The notes below the pieces were generated by a model, which saw nothing but the letters and a program-made list of their open reading frames with translations, did no database searches and was not told the origin of the DNA. The translations under genes were made by a program, and so were the position numbers. A stretch of 62,062 nucleotides of DNA, the filler included, from Pseudomonadota bacterium (lineage in GTDB: Bacteria > Desulfobacterota > Desulfobacteria > Desulfobacterales > JBDRRP01), in NCBI GenBank assembly GCA_043825735.1. It is 4 parts of 4 records of this genome, joined end to end, with 100 filler letters (N's around TTAATTAATTAA, not from the genome) between each part and the next. Parts side by side here need not be neighbours in the genome. Positions count along the whole stretch, not along the records: positions 1 to 11,045 come from JBDRRP010000086.1; 3 more parts are not named here. One strand, written 5' to 3'. Shown here piece after piece: positions 1 to 10,087 of this stretch. The stretch's first letter is position 1; each line of letters starts with the position of its first letter.

Positions 1-10
1 ACCGCCAGAT

Positions 11-145
11 TTGATGAATCCGTAAAAAGTCGGGATCTCTCGCAAAGCCGCAAAGATCGCAAAGACAACCCATTAATATTAATTGGGTTTTTCTTGGCGT
101 GCTTAGCGTCTTTGCGAGAAAATTGCTTTTTTACGGCTTTATCAG
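11..145. repeat. MITE-like element, family A (ends TTGAT-N5-CGTAAAAAGTC ... TTTTTACG-N5-ATCA; internal 9-nt periodic CGCAAAGnn palindrome)
   Basis: Inverted ends visible; close copies at 25285-25419 and, reversed, 45227-45361. Confidence 0.75.
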
Positions 146-392
146 TTTTGACAGGTTATCTCCAAAAAGCTCCTGCCTCCCCCTATAGGGCTTCTCACAC
201 CGTCTGCCGTCACTGCGTTACGGCGTCAGGGATCTGATGGCGCGATGCCAGGGTTCAAGGCCCTTTTGGCGTTTTTGACCGCTGCATGGCGGCAAATGCG
301 TTGTTGCCTTGCGCAAGCCATGGCCGGTAGGATAGTGATTCCAGATACCGATCACCTCTGACGTCCACCGCCCGGGAGAGGCTGCCGCATTC

Positions 393-1220
393 ATGCTTAC
401 GGAACCGGTCCGATCGCCGATGATCATCGCCCACCGCGGTGCGCGCACCGAAGCGCCGGAAAACACCGCCGCCGCCTTTGACGCCGCCCTGAAATATCCC
501 ATCGACGGCATCGAGTTCGACGTCCAGCTCAGCGCCGACAATGTGCCGGTGATCTTTCACGACGACACCCTGCGCCGGATGACGGGAAGCCGCCGGCGGC
601 TGGGCAGCTGCGCGCTCTCGGAGCTGCGCGCGCTGGATTTCGGGGGGTGGTTTAGTCCCCGGTTTGCCGGGGAGCCCATCCTCACCCTGGAGGAGATGCT
701 GCAGCGCTATGCCGGCGTGACCGATCTTTATCTGGAGATCAAATCCAGCCCCCGGGACCGGTCGGCCGGTCGCATCGGGGCGTTGACCCGGGAAACGCTG
801 GCCTGTGTGAAACGCCATTTCAGGCGGCTTTCGGCCCGCCGCTTTCACCTGCTCTCCTTCGACGCGCAAGCGCTTCGCCTGGCCCATGACCTTATGCCGG
901 CGGCGGCCGGCATGCGCAATCTGGAACTGCCCAGGGGGCTGACCCTGGCGGCAGCCACGCCCGAGCGCCTGAAGATGGAAATCGACCCGGGCCTGACAGC
1001 GGTCAATCTGGCCGTGAAGATGCTTTCACCGGCACTGGCCGCCGTTGTCAGGGGCTGCGGAAAGACCTTATTCACTTACACCTGCAACACGCCGCGACAG
1101 CTTCGCCGGGCACTGGCCGCCGGGGTGGACGGGGTGATGACCGACAAGCCCGACTGGCTGGCCCAGGCGCTGGCGGCGGGAGGGGAGGGAGCATGTGGCA
1201 GCGCGACATCTCATCACTAA
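393..1220 (+). CDS. Glycerophosphodiester phosphodiesterase
   Basis: IIAHRG, PENT, EFDVQ, HD, LEIK and GVDGVMTD motifs; overlaps glpD start. Confidence 0.9.
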   Translation: MLTEPVRSPMIIAHRGARTEAPENTAAAFDAALKYPIDGIEFDVQLSADNVPVIFHDDTLRRMTGSRRRLGSCALSELRALDFGGWFSPRFAGEPILTLEEMLQRYAGVTDLYLEIKSSPRDRSAGRIGALTRETLACVKRHFRRLSARRFHLLSFDAQALRLAHDLMPAAAGMRNLELPRGLTLAAATPERLKMEIDPGLTAVNLAVKMLSPALAAVVRGCGKTLFTYTCNTPRQLRRALAAGVDGVMTDKPDWLAQALAAGGEGACGSATSHH

Positions 1221-2815
1221 AAGAACGCACCTTTGACGTGTTGGTGGTGGGCGGGGGCATTTACGGGGCATGGACCGCTCTGGACGGCGCCTTGCGAGGG
1301 CTTTCGGTGGCCCTCATCGACATGGCCGACTGGGCCTCGGCCACGTCATCGGCATCCACCAAGCTCATCCACGGCGGGCTCCGGTACCTGGAGCAGCTGC
1401 GATTGGACCTGGTTCACACGTCACTTGAGGAGCGTCGCCGCCTTGTGGCGCTGGCGCCGCACATGGTGACACCCCTGTCCTTTGTCATGCCCGACTACCA
1501 GGAAAACCGGGTCGGTCCCCTCAAGCTCAAAACCGGACTTTTTCTCTACGACCTGCTGGCGGGCTCGGGCCAGCCGGTTCCGGGCCACCAGCGCCTGAAC
1601 CGGGCGCAGATGGCTGAAAGCTACCCATTTCTGGCCCAGCATCACCTTCGGGGCGGGTTTGTCTACGGGGACTGTCAGACGGACGACTTCAGGCTGGCCA
1701 TGACGGTGGTCCGTGCGGCGGCCGAAGCCGGGGCGGTGACCGCCAATTATGTGAAGGCAGCGTCGCTGGTGACGGATGTGGGCGAGGTCGCCGGCGCTAG
1801 CGTGACCGACCGGGTGTCCGGGGAGCGATTCACGATCCGCAGCCGCATGGTGGTGAACACCGCAGGCCCCTGGGTGGCCGCTGTCGAGGGCAGCCGCCGA
1901 AAAAGCGACATCGTTCGCTACAGTAAGGGCGTTCACCTGGTGCTGCCGGCGCTTCCCACCCGGGAGGCGTTTTTACTCATGACCCACCAGGACAACCGGA
2001 TTTTTTTTCTGGTGCCCTGGTACGGTCGTACCCTAGTGGGCACCACCGACGCCGATTACGACGGCGATCCGGGGCGCCTTCGGGTGACGCAAAAGGAAAC
2101 CGACTATCTTCTGCGTGAAATGCGGCCCTATCTGCCCGACATGCATTGGGACGCCGATGCCGTTCTGGGCGGGTTTGCCGGGCTGCGGACCCTCAAGAAT
2201 GAACCGGGCAAGCCCCCATCTCAGGTGAGCCGGGAGTGGCTGTTCACAGAGCCGCGCAGCGGGCTCATCACCTCCATCGGCGGCAAGTACACCTCGGCCC
2301 GGGCCGATGCCGCAAAGCTGGTGGACCGGGTCATACGCCGGCTGGACCGGTCTTGGAACGGGGAGGCTCCGACTTTCGATCACCTCCTGCCCGGCGCCCC
2401 GGTTGGGGATTTCGGCCAGTGGCGCAAACAGGCCCTTGCAGCCAACCGGGCAGCCGGCATGGATGCCGACACTTCGGCCTGGAGTATTTTCCGTTTCGGT
2501 ACGGAGGTGACGGCACTTCAGGCGCTCATGGCCGCGAAGCCGCCGTTGGCCGCGCGACTGGTTCCGGATCTTCCCTTTTCGCGGGCTGAAATGGTTCACG
2601 CCGCCCGTACGGAAATGGTCGTCCACCTGGAGGACCTCGTCCGCCGGCGCATTCCACTGGTCATTTTATCCCATATGGATACCGGATCGCTGGAAGACGC
2701 GGCGCACCTGGCAGCCCCGGAATTGGGCTGGGACGCGGCGCGAGTAGCGGTGGAAATCGCGGCAGTTCAAGAACGGTGGGGGATCGGTAGAAAAAAACCG
2801 CTCAATAATCAGTGA
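1193..2815 (+). CDS. glpD: FAD-dependent glycerol-3-phosphate dehydrogenase/oxidase
   Basis: GGGIYG FAD motif, TSSASTKLIHGGLRYL, KGVHL, GTTD, GGKYT. Confidence 0.9.
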   Translation: MWQRDISSLKERTFDVLVVGGGIYGAWTALDGALRGLSVALIDMADWASATSSASTKLIHGGLRYLEQLRLDLVHTSLEERRRLVALAPHMVTPLSFVMPDYQENRVGPLKLKTGLFLYDLLAGSGQPVPGHQRLNRAQMAESYPFLAQHHLRGGFVYGDCQTDDFRLAMTVVRAAAEAGAVTANYVKAASLVTDVGEVAGASVTDRVSGERFTIRSRMVVNTAGPWVAAVEGSRRKSDIVRYSKGVHLVLPALPTREAFLLMTHQDNRIFFLVPWYGRTLVGTTDADYDGDPGRLRVTQKETDYLLREMRPYLPDMHWDADAVLGGFAGLRTLKNEPGKPPSQVSREWLFTEPRSGLITSIGGKYTSARADAAKLVDRVIRRLDRSWNGEAPTFDHLLPGAPVGDFGQWRKQALAANRAAGMDADTSAWSIFRFGTEVTALQALMAAKPPLAARLVPDLPFSRAEMVHAARTEMVVHLEDLVRRRIPLVILSHMDTGSLEDAAHLAAPELGWDAARVAVEIAAVQERWGIGRKKPLNNQ

Positions 2816-2869
2816 TGCGAAAACACGCCGCCCGGCTTCCACGCCGACCGGCATGCCTGCGCGCGGGGT

Positions 2870-3040
2870 CTATCGGCCGGCCAGGCTGTCCGATTTCACC
2901 ATGCGCTGCTGGCAGCGGGGGCAAAACACGGTGGCAATGTTTTTGTCGTCCATGTAGGATTCCGAGGCAAATGCCTGGGAATAGGGTTTTCCGTCATGGC
3001 CGGAGCAGCTCTTATTAGGGCAATAATAGGTGATTTGCAT
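2870..3040 (-). CDS. Small zinc-ribbon-like protein (56 aa)
   Basis: MQITYYCPNKSC...VFCPRC; AAGGA RBS upstream of ATG at 3040. Confidence 0.6.
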   Translation of the reverse strand: MQITYYCPNKSCSGHDGKPYSQAFASESYMDDKNIATVFCPRCQQRMVKSDSLAGR

Positions 3041-3271
3041 ATTCGTTTTCCTTAGTTCTGCGGTTTTGATCAAAAATTAAGTGAAAAATTACTGTGATCA
3101 TCGAGCGCACAGTAAGTGATCCAGCCGTGTTTTTCAAGCCGAAATTGGTTAGAACACGGTTAGCATGATCCGGCATTTGTCAATGCACGGGGCTGCCGCA
3201 GTGCAATTCTCGGTGGTGTCCGTTTGAGGGGTTTTCCATGAATGCGGAGAAATACCCGGGGGCAAAAGCAA

Positions 3272-3299
3272 AGGGCCGAGCACACAAGTACTCGGCCCT
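3272..3299 (-). terminator. Intrinsic terminator of the PPIase gene
   Basis: AGGGCCGAG/CTCGGCCCT hairpin followed by a T-rich tract on the minus strand. Confidence 0.65.
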
Positions 3300-3322
3300 G
3301 AAATAGCTTCCGGCGGGACGGA

Positions 3323-4318
3323 TCAGGCGTCAGGAACGTTCAGGGTGATCTTGGCTTTTCCCTTGAGCTTTTCAACATAGGCTTCCACGCGCCGATTCAC
3401 TTCTTCCTGGCGCAATTTGGCAGTGATGCCTTCGGACACTTCATCGAAGGGGGCGGAGCCCTCGGGAAGGTGCTCGCTTACGCGGATTATGTGATAGCCG
3501 TACTCGGTTTCCACCACCGCACTGATCTCGCCGGGTTTTAATGCAAACGCCGCATCGCTGAAAGGCTTCACCATGTGCTCCCTGGAAAACATGGGCAGCT
3601 CGCCGCCGTTCTCTTTGTTGGGGCCTTCGGAGTATTGGCGCGCCAGCGCGGCAAAATCATCCCCGGCCAGGGCCTTCTTGCGGATCTCCTCCGCGCGTTT
3701 CAGTGCGTCCTTGCGAATCTCGTCGGTGGCGTCCGCTGCTGCCTTGATGAGGATGTGGCTCGCCTTGACCTGCTCGGGCCGGTGAAACCAATCCAGGTGC
3801 TCGTTGTAGAACGCCTTGGCGTCCTTTTCGGAGATCTTGATTTTATCGGTGATCTTACTGGCAATGAGCTTGCGGATGGCGGCCTGCCGCTCGATGATGC
3901 CCCGTAGATCCGCATCGGTGAGCCCGACCTGTGTCAAAACTTCGTTCAGTTTTGCCAGATCGTCGTACTTGCCTCTGAAAGCGGCCACCTGCGTGTCTAT
4001 TTCAGCCGCGTCGGGGACCAGCTTGAGACGCTGGCATTCCAGCCAGAGCAGTTCGCTGGCCACCAGGTTGTTCACTATCTGTTTGCGCACGTCAGCCATG
4101 TCCATGGTTGACGGCTGCCGTCCGGCCTGGGCCATGCGCCTGAGGAACCCATTGAGTTCACGATCATAGACCGCCCGGGAAATGGGCTGGCCGTTGACGA
4201 TGGCCACGGCATCTGCGGGCTCCGCCGCCGGCAGTCGCTGCGGCAACCCGATCCACAGGATCATGACGACCGCCAGGGCCAGGGAAAAACGGGCGTTTCG
4301 TGTCATATTCATTTCCAT
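3323..4318 (-). CDS. Periplasmic parvulin-type peptidyl-prolyl isomerase (SurA/PrsA-like)
   Basis: Signal peptide, VAIVNGQPI, VKASHILI, DFAALARQYS, GGEL, GYHII. Confidence 0.9.
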   Translation of the reverse strand: MEMNMTRNARFSLALAVVMILWIGLPQRLPAAEPADAVAIVNGQPISRAVYDRELNGFLRRMAQAGRQPSTMDMADVRKQIVNNLVASELLWLECQRLKLVPDAAEIDTQVAAFRGKYDDLAKLNEVLTQVGLTDADLRGIIERQAAIRKLIASKITDKIKISEKDAKAFYNEHLDWFHRPEQVKASHILIKAAADATDEIRKDALKRAEEIRKKALAGDDFAALARQYSEGPNKENGGELPMFSREHMVKPFSDAAFALKPGEISAVVETEYGYHIIRVSEHLPEGSAPFDEVSEGITAKLRQEEVNRRVEAYVEKLKGKAKITLNVPDA

Positions 4319-4348
4319 GCGTGTGGGGTGTCTATATCGGCAGCCGCC

Positions 4349-4549
4349 TCACAGAACCTTGACATTTACAGCCTGAAGACCCTGGCCGGTCTCTTTGACC
4401 TCATAGCTGACCTTGTCGTCTTTTTGCAGCCCGAAATATCCGTGGTCGGCGATTTTGGACTTATGGAAGAACAACTCCTCGCCCGCATTTGTGCTGATGA
4501 ACCCGTAGCCTTTTTTATCGCTGTACCATTTCACCATACCCTCAGCCAT
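4349..4549 (-). CDS. Cold-shock domain protein
   Basis: GMVKWY, KGYGFI (RNP1), LFFH (RNP2), QAVNV. Confidence 0.9.
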   Translation of the reverse strand: MAEGMVKWYSDKKGYGFISTNAGEELFFHKSKIADHGYFGLQKDDKVSYEVKETGQGLQAVNVKVL

Positions 4550-4856
4550 GCTGGGAACTCCTTTCTTTCGGTTACCTGTGCACCAAGACGTTCATTCGAT
4601 CGCCCCGAGAGGATGAGAGCATTGCACGGAGTCAAAATGGAGGCCAAAAAGGGCTGGCGTCACAAGAAAACCGAGGGATGCACATTCGGGTGTCATTATG
4701 CGTCTTAGATGATGATCATCGGCAAAGGTACCCCACCCGGACCGTGATGTCAAAACCAATATAGCCCGGGATGCGTCGCGCCTGGCGGATATTTTAGTTT
4801 TGGGTCGCGGATGCATTTAGTGTTAAAGGTCATAAAATATTCCGGGGAGGTGTTCA

Positions 4857-5918
4857 ATGCGTATCGCCGTTATCGTTGCCGTGGTTTTCGTAGCATTTCT
4901 GGGCATATTTATCACCATGCCCGCGCCCGTTGATCCGGTGGCGTGGCAGCCGCCGGAAAAGCTGCCCATGACCGGCCCGCTGGTCCCCAACCGGCGGCTG
5001 CAGGCTGCCGAACTGTTGGCCAAAGGACGCATCAACGGTCCAGAGGACGTGGCCGTCGACAGCCGAGGGCGCGTCTACGCCGGGACCCAGGAGGGCCGTA
5101 TTGTGCGCCTTGCCGCAGACGGCGGCCTTGAGACCTTTGCCGAAACCGGCGGCCGGCCCCTGGGCATGCAGTTTGATGCCGCGGAAAACCTTATCGTCTG
5201 CGACAGCTACAAGGGGCTTTTGTCCATCGCCGCAGACGGACGCATTACCGTGCTCAGCACCGCCGCCGACGGGGTGCCCTTTCGTTTTACCGACGATCTG
5301 GACATTGCCGCCGACGGCCGGATTTATTTCACCGATGCCAGCGACCGTTTTAACCAGAACGAGTATCTTTTCGACCTATTGGAAGCTCGGCCCCATGGCC
5401 GGCTCCTGCGCTACGATCCGAGCACGCGCCGGACAGCGGTTTTGCTCGCGGATTTGTATTTCGCCAACGGGGTGGCGCTGTCCATGGACGAGGCCTTCGT
5501 TCTGGTCAACGAAACCTACCGTTACCGGATTACCCGTTACTGGCTCGAAGGCCCCAAAGCCGATACCCGGGACATATTCGTCGACAACCTTCCGGGTTTT
5601 CCCGATAATATTTCCAGCGATCGGCAGGGCACCTTTTGGTTGGCCCTGTTTACCGTTCGAAACGACATCGTCGACCGGCTGCACCCCCATCCCTTTTTAA
5701 AAACGCAGCTGAGCAAACTGCCCAAGCCATTGTGGCCCAAGCCCCAGCCCTACGGTTTCGTGGTGGCCCTGGACGAGGCGGGCCGCATCATCGATAGCTT
5801 TCAGGATCCCACCGGGGAGCACCTCCGGGAGGTAACCTCGGTCAAGCGCGTGGGAGACGATCTGTTCATGGGCAGTCTTCACAACGATCGCATCGGCAGG
5901 TTGAGGCTCCGGCGCTAG
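4857..5918 (+). CDS. SMP-30/gluconolactonase/strictosidine synthase-like protein
   Basis: GPED, GRPLG, IYFTDAS, FANGV, LPGFPDNI; N-terminal membrane anchor. Confidence 0.88.
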   Translation: MRIAVIVAVVFVAFLGIFITMPAPVDPVAWQPPEKLPMTGPLVPNRRLQAAELLAKGRINGPEDVAVDSRGRVYAGTQEGRIVRLAADGGLETFAETGGRPLGMQFDAAENLIVCDSYKGLLSIAADGRITVLSTAADGVPFRFTDDLDIAADGRIYFTDASDRFNQNEYLFDLLEARPHGRLLRYDPSTRRTAVLLADLYFANGVALSMDEAFVLVNETYRYRITRYWLEGPKADTRDIFVDNLPGFPDNISSDRQGTFWLALFTVRNDIVDRLHPHPFLKTQLSKLPKPLWPKPQPYGFVVALDEAGRIIDSFQDPTGEHLREVTSVKRVGDDLFMGSLHNDRIGRLRLRR

Positions 5919-6085
5919 ACTTTATCGATTCCAGAACGGGTCAAAACCGTTTTTTCGCCCTTGTCGGCAGGGGCCCAATGGCACCCGGTGGTTTTTCTGA
6001 GACTTTTCTTAACGGCGGATGTTTACTGCCGGCGGCATTTGCACTATTTGGAACTGGTCATCGATGACCGGGAGCGCGTTTATTC

Positions 6086-7336
6086 ATGGTATCCACACTG
6101 ACATCATTTCTGGCGCTGTATTCAGCGGTTTTCACCCTGCTCATGGGTGTCGGCCTGCTGGGCACCTTCCTGAGCCTGCGCATGACAATGGCCGGGTTTT
6201 CCACAGAGGTCATCGGGCTGATCCTGGCCGCCTACTACGTCGGGCTCGTTCTGGGTTCGTTCGTCTGCCAGCGACTCGTGGCGCGGGTCGGTCACATCCG
6301 CACCTTTGCCGCCCTGGCAGCTGTGGCCACGGCGGCGGTGATGCTTCACGGGGTCTTTTTTTCGGCCTGGGCCTGGGGGTTGCTGCGTTTGGTGACCGGC
6401 ATTGCCACGATGGGGCTTTATATGGTCATCGAGAGCTGGCTCAATGAGTGCACCGAGCCCCGATACCGGGGGCGGGTGTTTTCCATATACATGGTCCTTT
6501 CCTACCTGGGCATCGGCATCGGGCAGATCCTTCTGAACCTGGCCGATCCAGCGCTGCCCACCCATTTTTTTATCGCCGGCATGCTTCTGGCCCTGTGTCT
6601 GGTCCCGGTCTCCCTGACCACGGCCATCTCGCCATCCATGCCGGCCCCTGCTCGGTTCAATCTCCTGGTGATTCTGAAAAAGGCGCCTCTGGGAATGGTG
6701 GGCTGTCTAACTGCAGGACTCATCAACAGCGCTTTTTATGCCATGGGGCCGGTCTTCGGCCACGGAATTGGTCTCAGCGTGGCGCAGCTTTCCCTGCTCA
6801 TGGGCGCCACTGTTCTGGGCGGTCTGCTGCTCCAGTGGCCGGTGGGTCTTATCTCGGACCGCTTCGACCGGACCCTGGTGCTGCCGGCGCTGGCCGTGAT
6901 GGTGTCCGCGATCAGTGCGCTCGTCGTTTTCACCGCGGGCCTGTCCTTTGGCGGGCTGCTGGTGATCATGGTGTGCTTCGGCGGCGTCTTTTTTACGATC
7001 TACCCCGTGGCGGTGGCCCGCAGCCATGATCTTTTCGATGCCGGAGAGGTGGTATCCGTGAGTGCCGGGTTGCTGCTCTGCTATGGCATCGGGGCCAGTG
7101 TCGGACCGGTGGTCGCGGCGTTTGTCATGAATGCCGTGAGCAATCCGTACGGCCTGTTTATTTTCATGGCTGTCGTGCCTCTCATGTATGCGGCCATGGC
7201 GCATTTTCTGCGGCGGCGGGAAATGATCGAGATTGTCCCGGTGGCGGCGCAGGCCGCTTACATGCCCATGATGCGCACCTCGGCGGTGGTCATTGCCATC
7301 GACCCCAGGGTTGAACCGGAGGCGGCAGGGGAGTGA
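6086..7336 (+). CDS. MFS transporter (YcaD-like)
   Basis: About 12 hydrophobic segments; VGHIR, ESWLN, QWPVGLISDRFDR. Confidence 0.88.
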   Translation: MVSTLTSFLALYSAVFTLLMGVGLLGTFLSLRMTMAGFSTEVIGLILAAYYVGLVLGSFVCQRLVARVGHIRTFAALAAVATAAVMLHGVFFSAWAWGLLRLVTGIATMGLYMVIESWLNECTEPRYRGRVFSIYMVLSYLGIGIGQILLNLADPALPTHFFIAGMLLALCLVPVSLTTAISPSMPAPARFNLLVILKKAPLGMVGCLTAGLINSAFYAMGPVFGHGIGLSVAQLSLLMGATVLGGLLLQWPVGLISDRFDRTLVLPALAVMVSAISALVVFTAGLSFGGLLVIMVCFGGVFFTIYPVAVARSHDLFDAGEVVSVSAGLLLCYGIGASVGPVVAAFVMNAVSNPYGLFIFMAVVPLMYAAMAHFLRRREMIEIVPVAAQAAYMPMMRTSAVVIAIDPRVEPEAAGE

Positions 7337-7409
7337 TGTGGGCGGGGGAACCCGTTTTGAAAAATCAGGAGAATCAAACCCCAAAATCACTATTTGAAAG
7401 GAAGGCTTG

Positions 7410-7985
7410 ATGCAACCCAAACCCATCGGCGCGGTCAACGCCCTTTACCCCATGCCCACCACCCTGGTGGGGGCCCGCATCAACGGCCGGGCCAATTTCC
7501 TGGCCGTGGCCCACGTGGGCATTCTCAACCACGGCTCGCCCCAGTATCTTTCCGTCGGCCTGGGCAGGGTGCACTACACCAACGCCGGCATCCGTGAAAA
7601 CGGCACCTTCAGCATCTGCCTGCCGTCTGCCGACCTCATGGTGGAGACCGACTACTGCGGCATCATGACCGGAAAGAACACCGACAAGTCGACCCTCTTT
7701 GACGTCTTCTACGGGGAGCTGAAAACCGCACCCATGATCCGTGAGTGCCCGGTGAACATGGAGCTCAAACTCCACGACGTACTGGAGTTTCCCACCCACG
7801 AGATCTTCATCGGAGAGCTGGTGCAGACCTATGCCGATGAGGGGGTCCTGGTCGATGGCGCCATCGATATCGCCAAGGTGCGGCCCATGATGTTCGATAT
7901 GGCCAGTAAAAAATACTGGTCTCTGGGGCCGGAACTGGGCAAGTGCTGGAGCGCAGGAAAGGCTCTGAAGAAAACGAAGGCGTAG
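7410..7985 (+). CDS. Flavin reductase family protein (flavoredoxin-like)
   Basis: YPMP, TDYCGIMTG, APMIRECPVNME, HEIFIGE. Confidence 0.88.
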   Translation: MQPKPIGAVNALYPMPTTLVGARINGRANFLAVAHVGILNHGSPQYLSVGLGRVHYTNAGIRENGTFSICLPSADLMVETDYCGIMTGKNTDKSTLFDVFYGELKTAPMIRECPVNMELKLHDVLEFPTHEIFIGELVQTYADEGVLVDGAIDIAKVRPMMFDMASKKYWSLGPELGKCWSAGKALKKTKA

Positions 7986-8097
7986 GGTTCACGGGGCCAA
8001 GGGTTCAAGTGGTAAGCCAAAAGTCCCTAACGCTCCCTCATCGAAATGGATCTCTTGGTGCGATACGCACAGTTAATTGCTTCTGGAGGGCTGCTGG

Positions 8098-8604
8098 ATG
8101 CCGGTCATGGATAAACCCGTGCCGTTGATTCTGATCAGTGCCTGCCTGGCCGGTGAGGCGGTGCGCTACGACGGTACGGATCTTCTGCTGGATGACCCAC
8201 TGTTGGCCGCGCTGCGAGATGCCGGACGCCTGGTGGTGATTTGCCCTGAAGTGGCCGGTGGACTGGCCGTGCCCCGTCCGCCGGCGGAAATCGTCGGCGA
8301 TGGCGGGGAGGCCGTTCTCGACGGCCGGGCCCGCGTCGTGGGGCGCGGCGGCGCGGACATGACGGCGGCGTTTGTGGCCGGTGCCCGTGAGACCCTGCGG
8401 CTGGCACAGGAACACACCGTGGCGGCAGCGGTGCTCACCGAGCGAAGCCCCTCGTGCGGCAGCAGCCTGATCTACAGCGGTGATTTTTCCGGCGTTCGCC
8501 GGCCCGGCAGCGGGGTCACCGCTGCCCTGTTGCGGCGCCATGGGATCGCCGTCTTCAACCAGCATCAACTATCGGCGGCGTTTGAGGCCGCCGGACGCGC
8601 GTGA
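8098..8604 (+). CDS. DUF523 / 2-thiouracil desulfurase family protein
   Basis: ISACLAG..RYDG, CPEVAGGL..PRPP, SPSCG, GVTAALL; GGAGG RBS. Confidence 0.85.
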   Translation: MPVMDKPVPLILISACLAGEAVRYDGTDLLLDDPLLAALRDAGRLVVICPEVAGGLAVPRPPAEIVGDGGEAVLDGRARVVGRGGADMTAAFVAGARETLRLAQEHTVAAAVLTERSPSCGSSLIYSGDFSGVRRPGSGVTAALLRRHGIAVFNQHQLSAAFEAAGRA

Positions 8605-8712
8605 GACGATGTCATCGGAAACTGTAATGACCGCCGCCGCACGCTGCCTTTTCTGATCTCTGGCCTCTGACTTCCGACCTCGGATTTTTCCCGTCGTCTG
8701 TCCTCTTCGCTT

Positions 8713-9708
8713 TTAGCCCCTGATCCCCAGCACGATCACCGCGAGCAGTTGGCGAACCCTTGCCCAGACGATCTCAACGGTGGTGGCCGGGATGGCATTT
8801 TGAAACCGGGCGGCCAGGGCGCGTTTCCGCGCATCGGGCGCTTCCGGGATGTGGTGGAACCACGCCCGGATTTTTCCCTCCCTCTGAAGGACCTGCATCC
8901 GCTTCATGAACTGCTGCTGCTCCCGGATAAACGCCTCACGAATGGCCGGCGTGTCGAATTCGCCCACGGTGTACGGCGTGCTGTAAAGAAAGGTGATCTC
9001 TCCGTTCGGGTGAGCGCCGAAGTCGGTGATGGCCTTCAGGGGGAATCCGGCGGGCGTTTCGCAGCCGTATTCGTCGTTGACAAGGTCGGATAACACAATG
9101 ATGCGCTCTCCGGGATGGTCGTTGAGAAGGGTTTCCAGCATCCGGAAAAACGGCGTGGTCAGGAGGACATTTTCATCAGCGTCATCCGGTCGCCGGGTGA
9201 TGCGGATGCGTTCGATGGGGCGTTCAACGGCGGCGGCGAAGTTTTCCAGTGTGTCCGGTGATGTCGTTGAAACGATGCGCCGGATACCGTCCATCCCGCA
9301 GCCGGGCAATCCGAACACGAATACCTCGTAGGCAACGGTGCGCTCCCCGACGAACCGCCGCAGGCGCCCGAGCAGCTCTCGCCGGATATCCGCCAGCGCA
9401 TCGGGCCGGATGGTGCCTGAGACATCCAGGGCCACATGGAACCGGTTGGGGAGTGGCTGGGGGATCTGGCGCAGTTCGGTAGCCACCCCGTCATGGGTGA
9501 CCGCCAGAGAGGCCACAAGAAGCCCCGCCACTACGATCAGCAGCAGTGTCAGCGCAGCCAGTATGCGAAGCAGCGGGAGCGGCCGGCGGCGGCGGTGCAT
9601 CCCGGCTCCGCACTTGGGGCAGCGCTCATCAACCGTTTCCAGATTGCTGCGCCCGAATGTGTAGCCGCATCGGGGGCAGGCGAAGCCCTTGAGTTTGCTA
9701 TTTTTCAT
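8713..9708 (-). CDS. Membrane-anchored protein with N-terminal zinc ribbon and VWA-like domain
   Basis: CPRC...CPKC, one TM helix, LDVSGT (DxSxT) and IIVLSD. Confidence 0.65.
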   Translation of the reverse strand: MKNSKLKGFACPRCGYTFGRSNLETVDERCPKCGAGMHRRRRPLPLLRILAALTLLLIVVAGLLVASLAVTHDGVATELRQIPQPLPNRFHVALDVSGTIRPDALADIRRELLGRLRRFVGERTVAYEVFVFGLPGCGMDGIRRIVSTTSPDTLENFAAAVERPIERIRITRRPDDADENVLLTTPFFRMLETLLNDHPGERIIVLSDLVNDEYGCETPAGFPLKAITDFGAHPNGEITFLYSTPYTVGEFDTPAIREAFIREQQQFMKRMQVLQREGKIRAWFHHIPEAPDARKRALAARFQNAIPATTVEIVWARVRQLLAVIVLGIRG

Positions 9709-9848
9709 CACGAGGTCTTTTGCGTTCAGGCGACGGCGCCGCGGATGCGGTACCCGGGCAAAGACCTATCATCGATAGTGTGGAAAAGGCAATCGGTGAG
9801 GCGGCATCTTCAGTGAGCCCGGCGAGGCACGAATGCGCGGCATCAGTC

Positions 9849-9985
9849 TTGATGGCTTAGTAAATAGTCGGAAATAACCACAGAGAACACAGAGAGCACA
9901 GAGATAAATCAATAATAATTCAAAGTATTTTCTGTGGTCCTCTGCGATCTCTGTGGTTCAAAATCTTTTTTTGCGAGGTCGTCAG
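9849..9985. repeat. Family A MITE-like element (CACAGAGnn internal module)
   Basis: Degenerate inverted ends; CACAGAG x3 ... CTGTG/CTCTGCG arms. Confidence 0.7.
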
Positions 9986-10029
9986 CCGGCGATCCGTTGT
10001 GCATATACAAAATAGACTATTTATTTACA

Positions 10030-10058
10030 TTGACATATACAGTATCCGAAATTACACT
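10030..10058 (+). promoter_or_regulatory. Sigma70 promoter of lexA
   Basis: TTGACA-17 nt-TACACT, followed by AAGGAGG RBS. Confidence 0.7.
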
Positions 10059-10087
10059 GAGCACAAATCACGACAAAGGAGGGTGGC

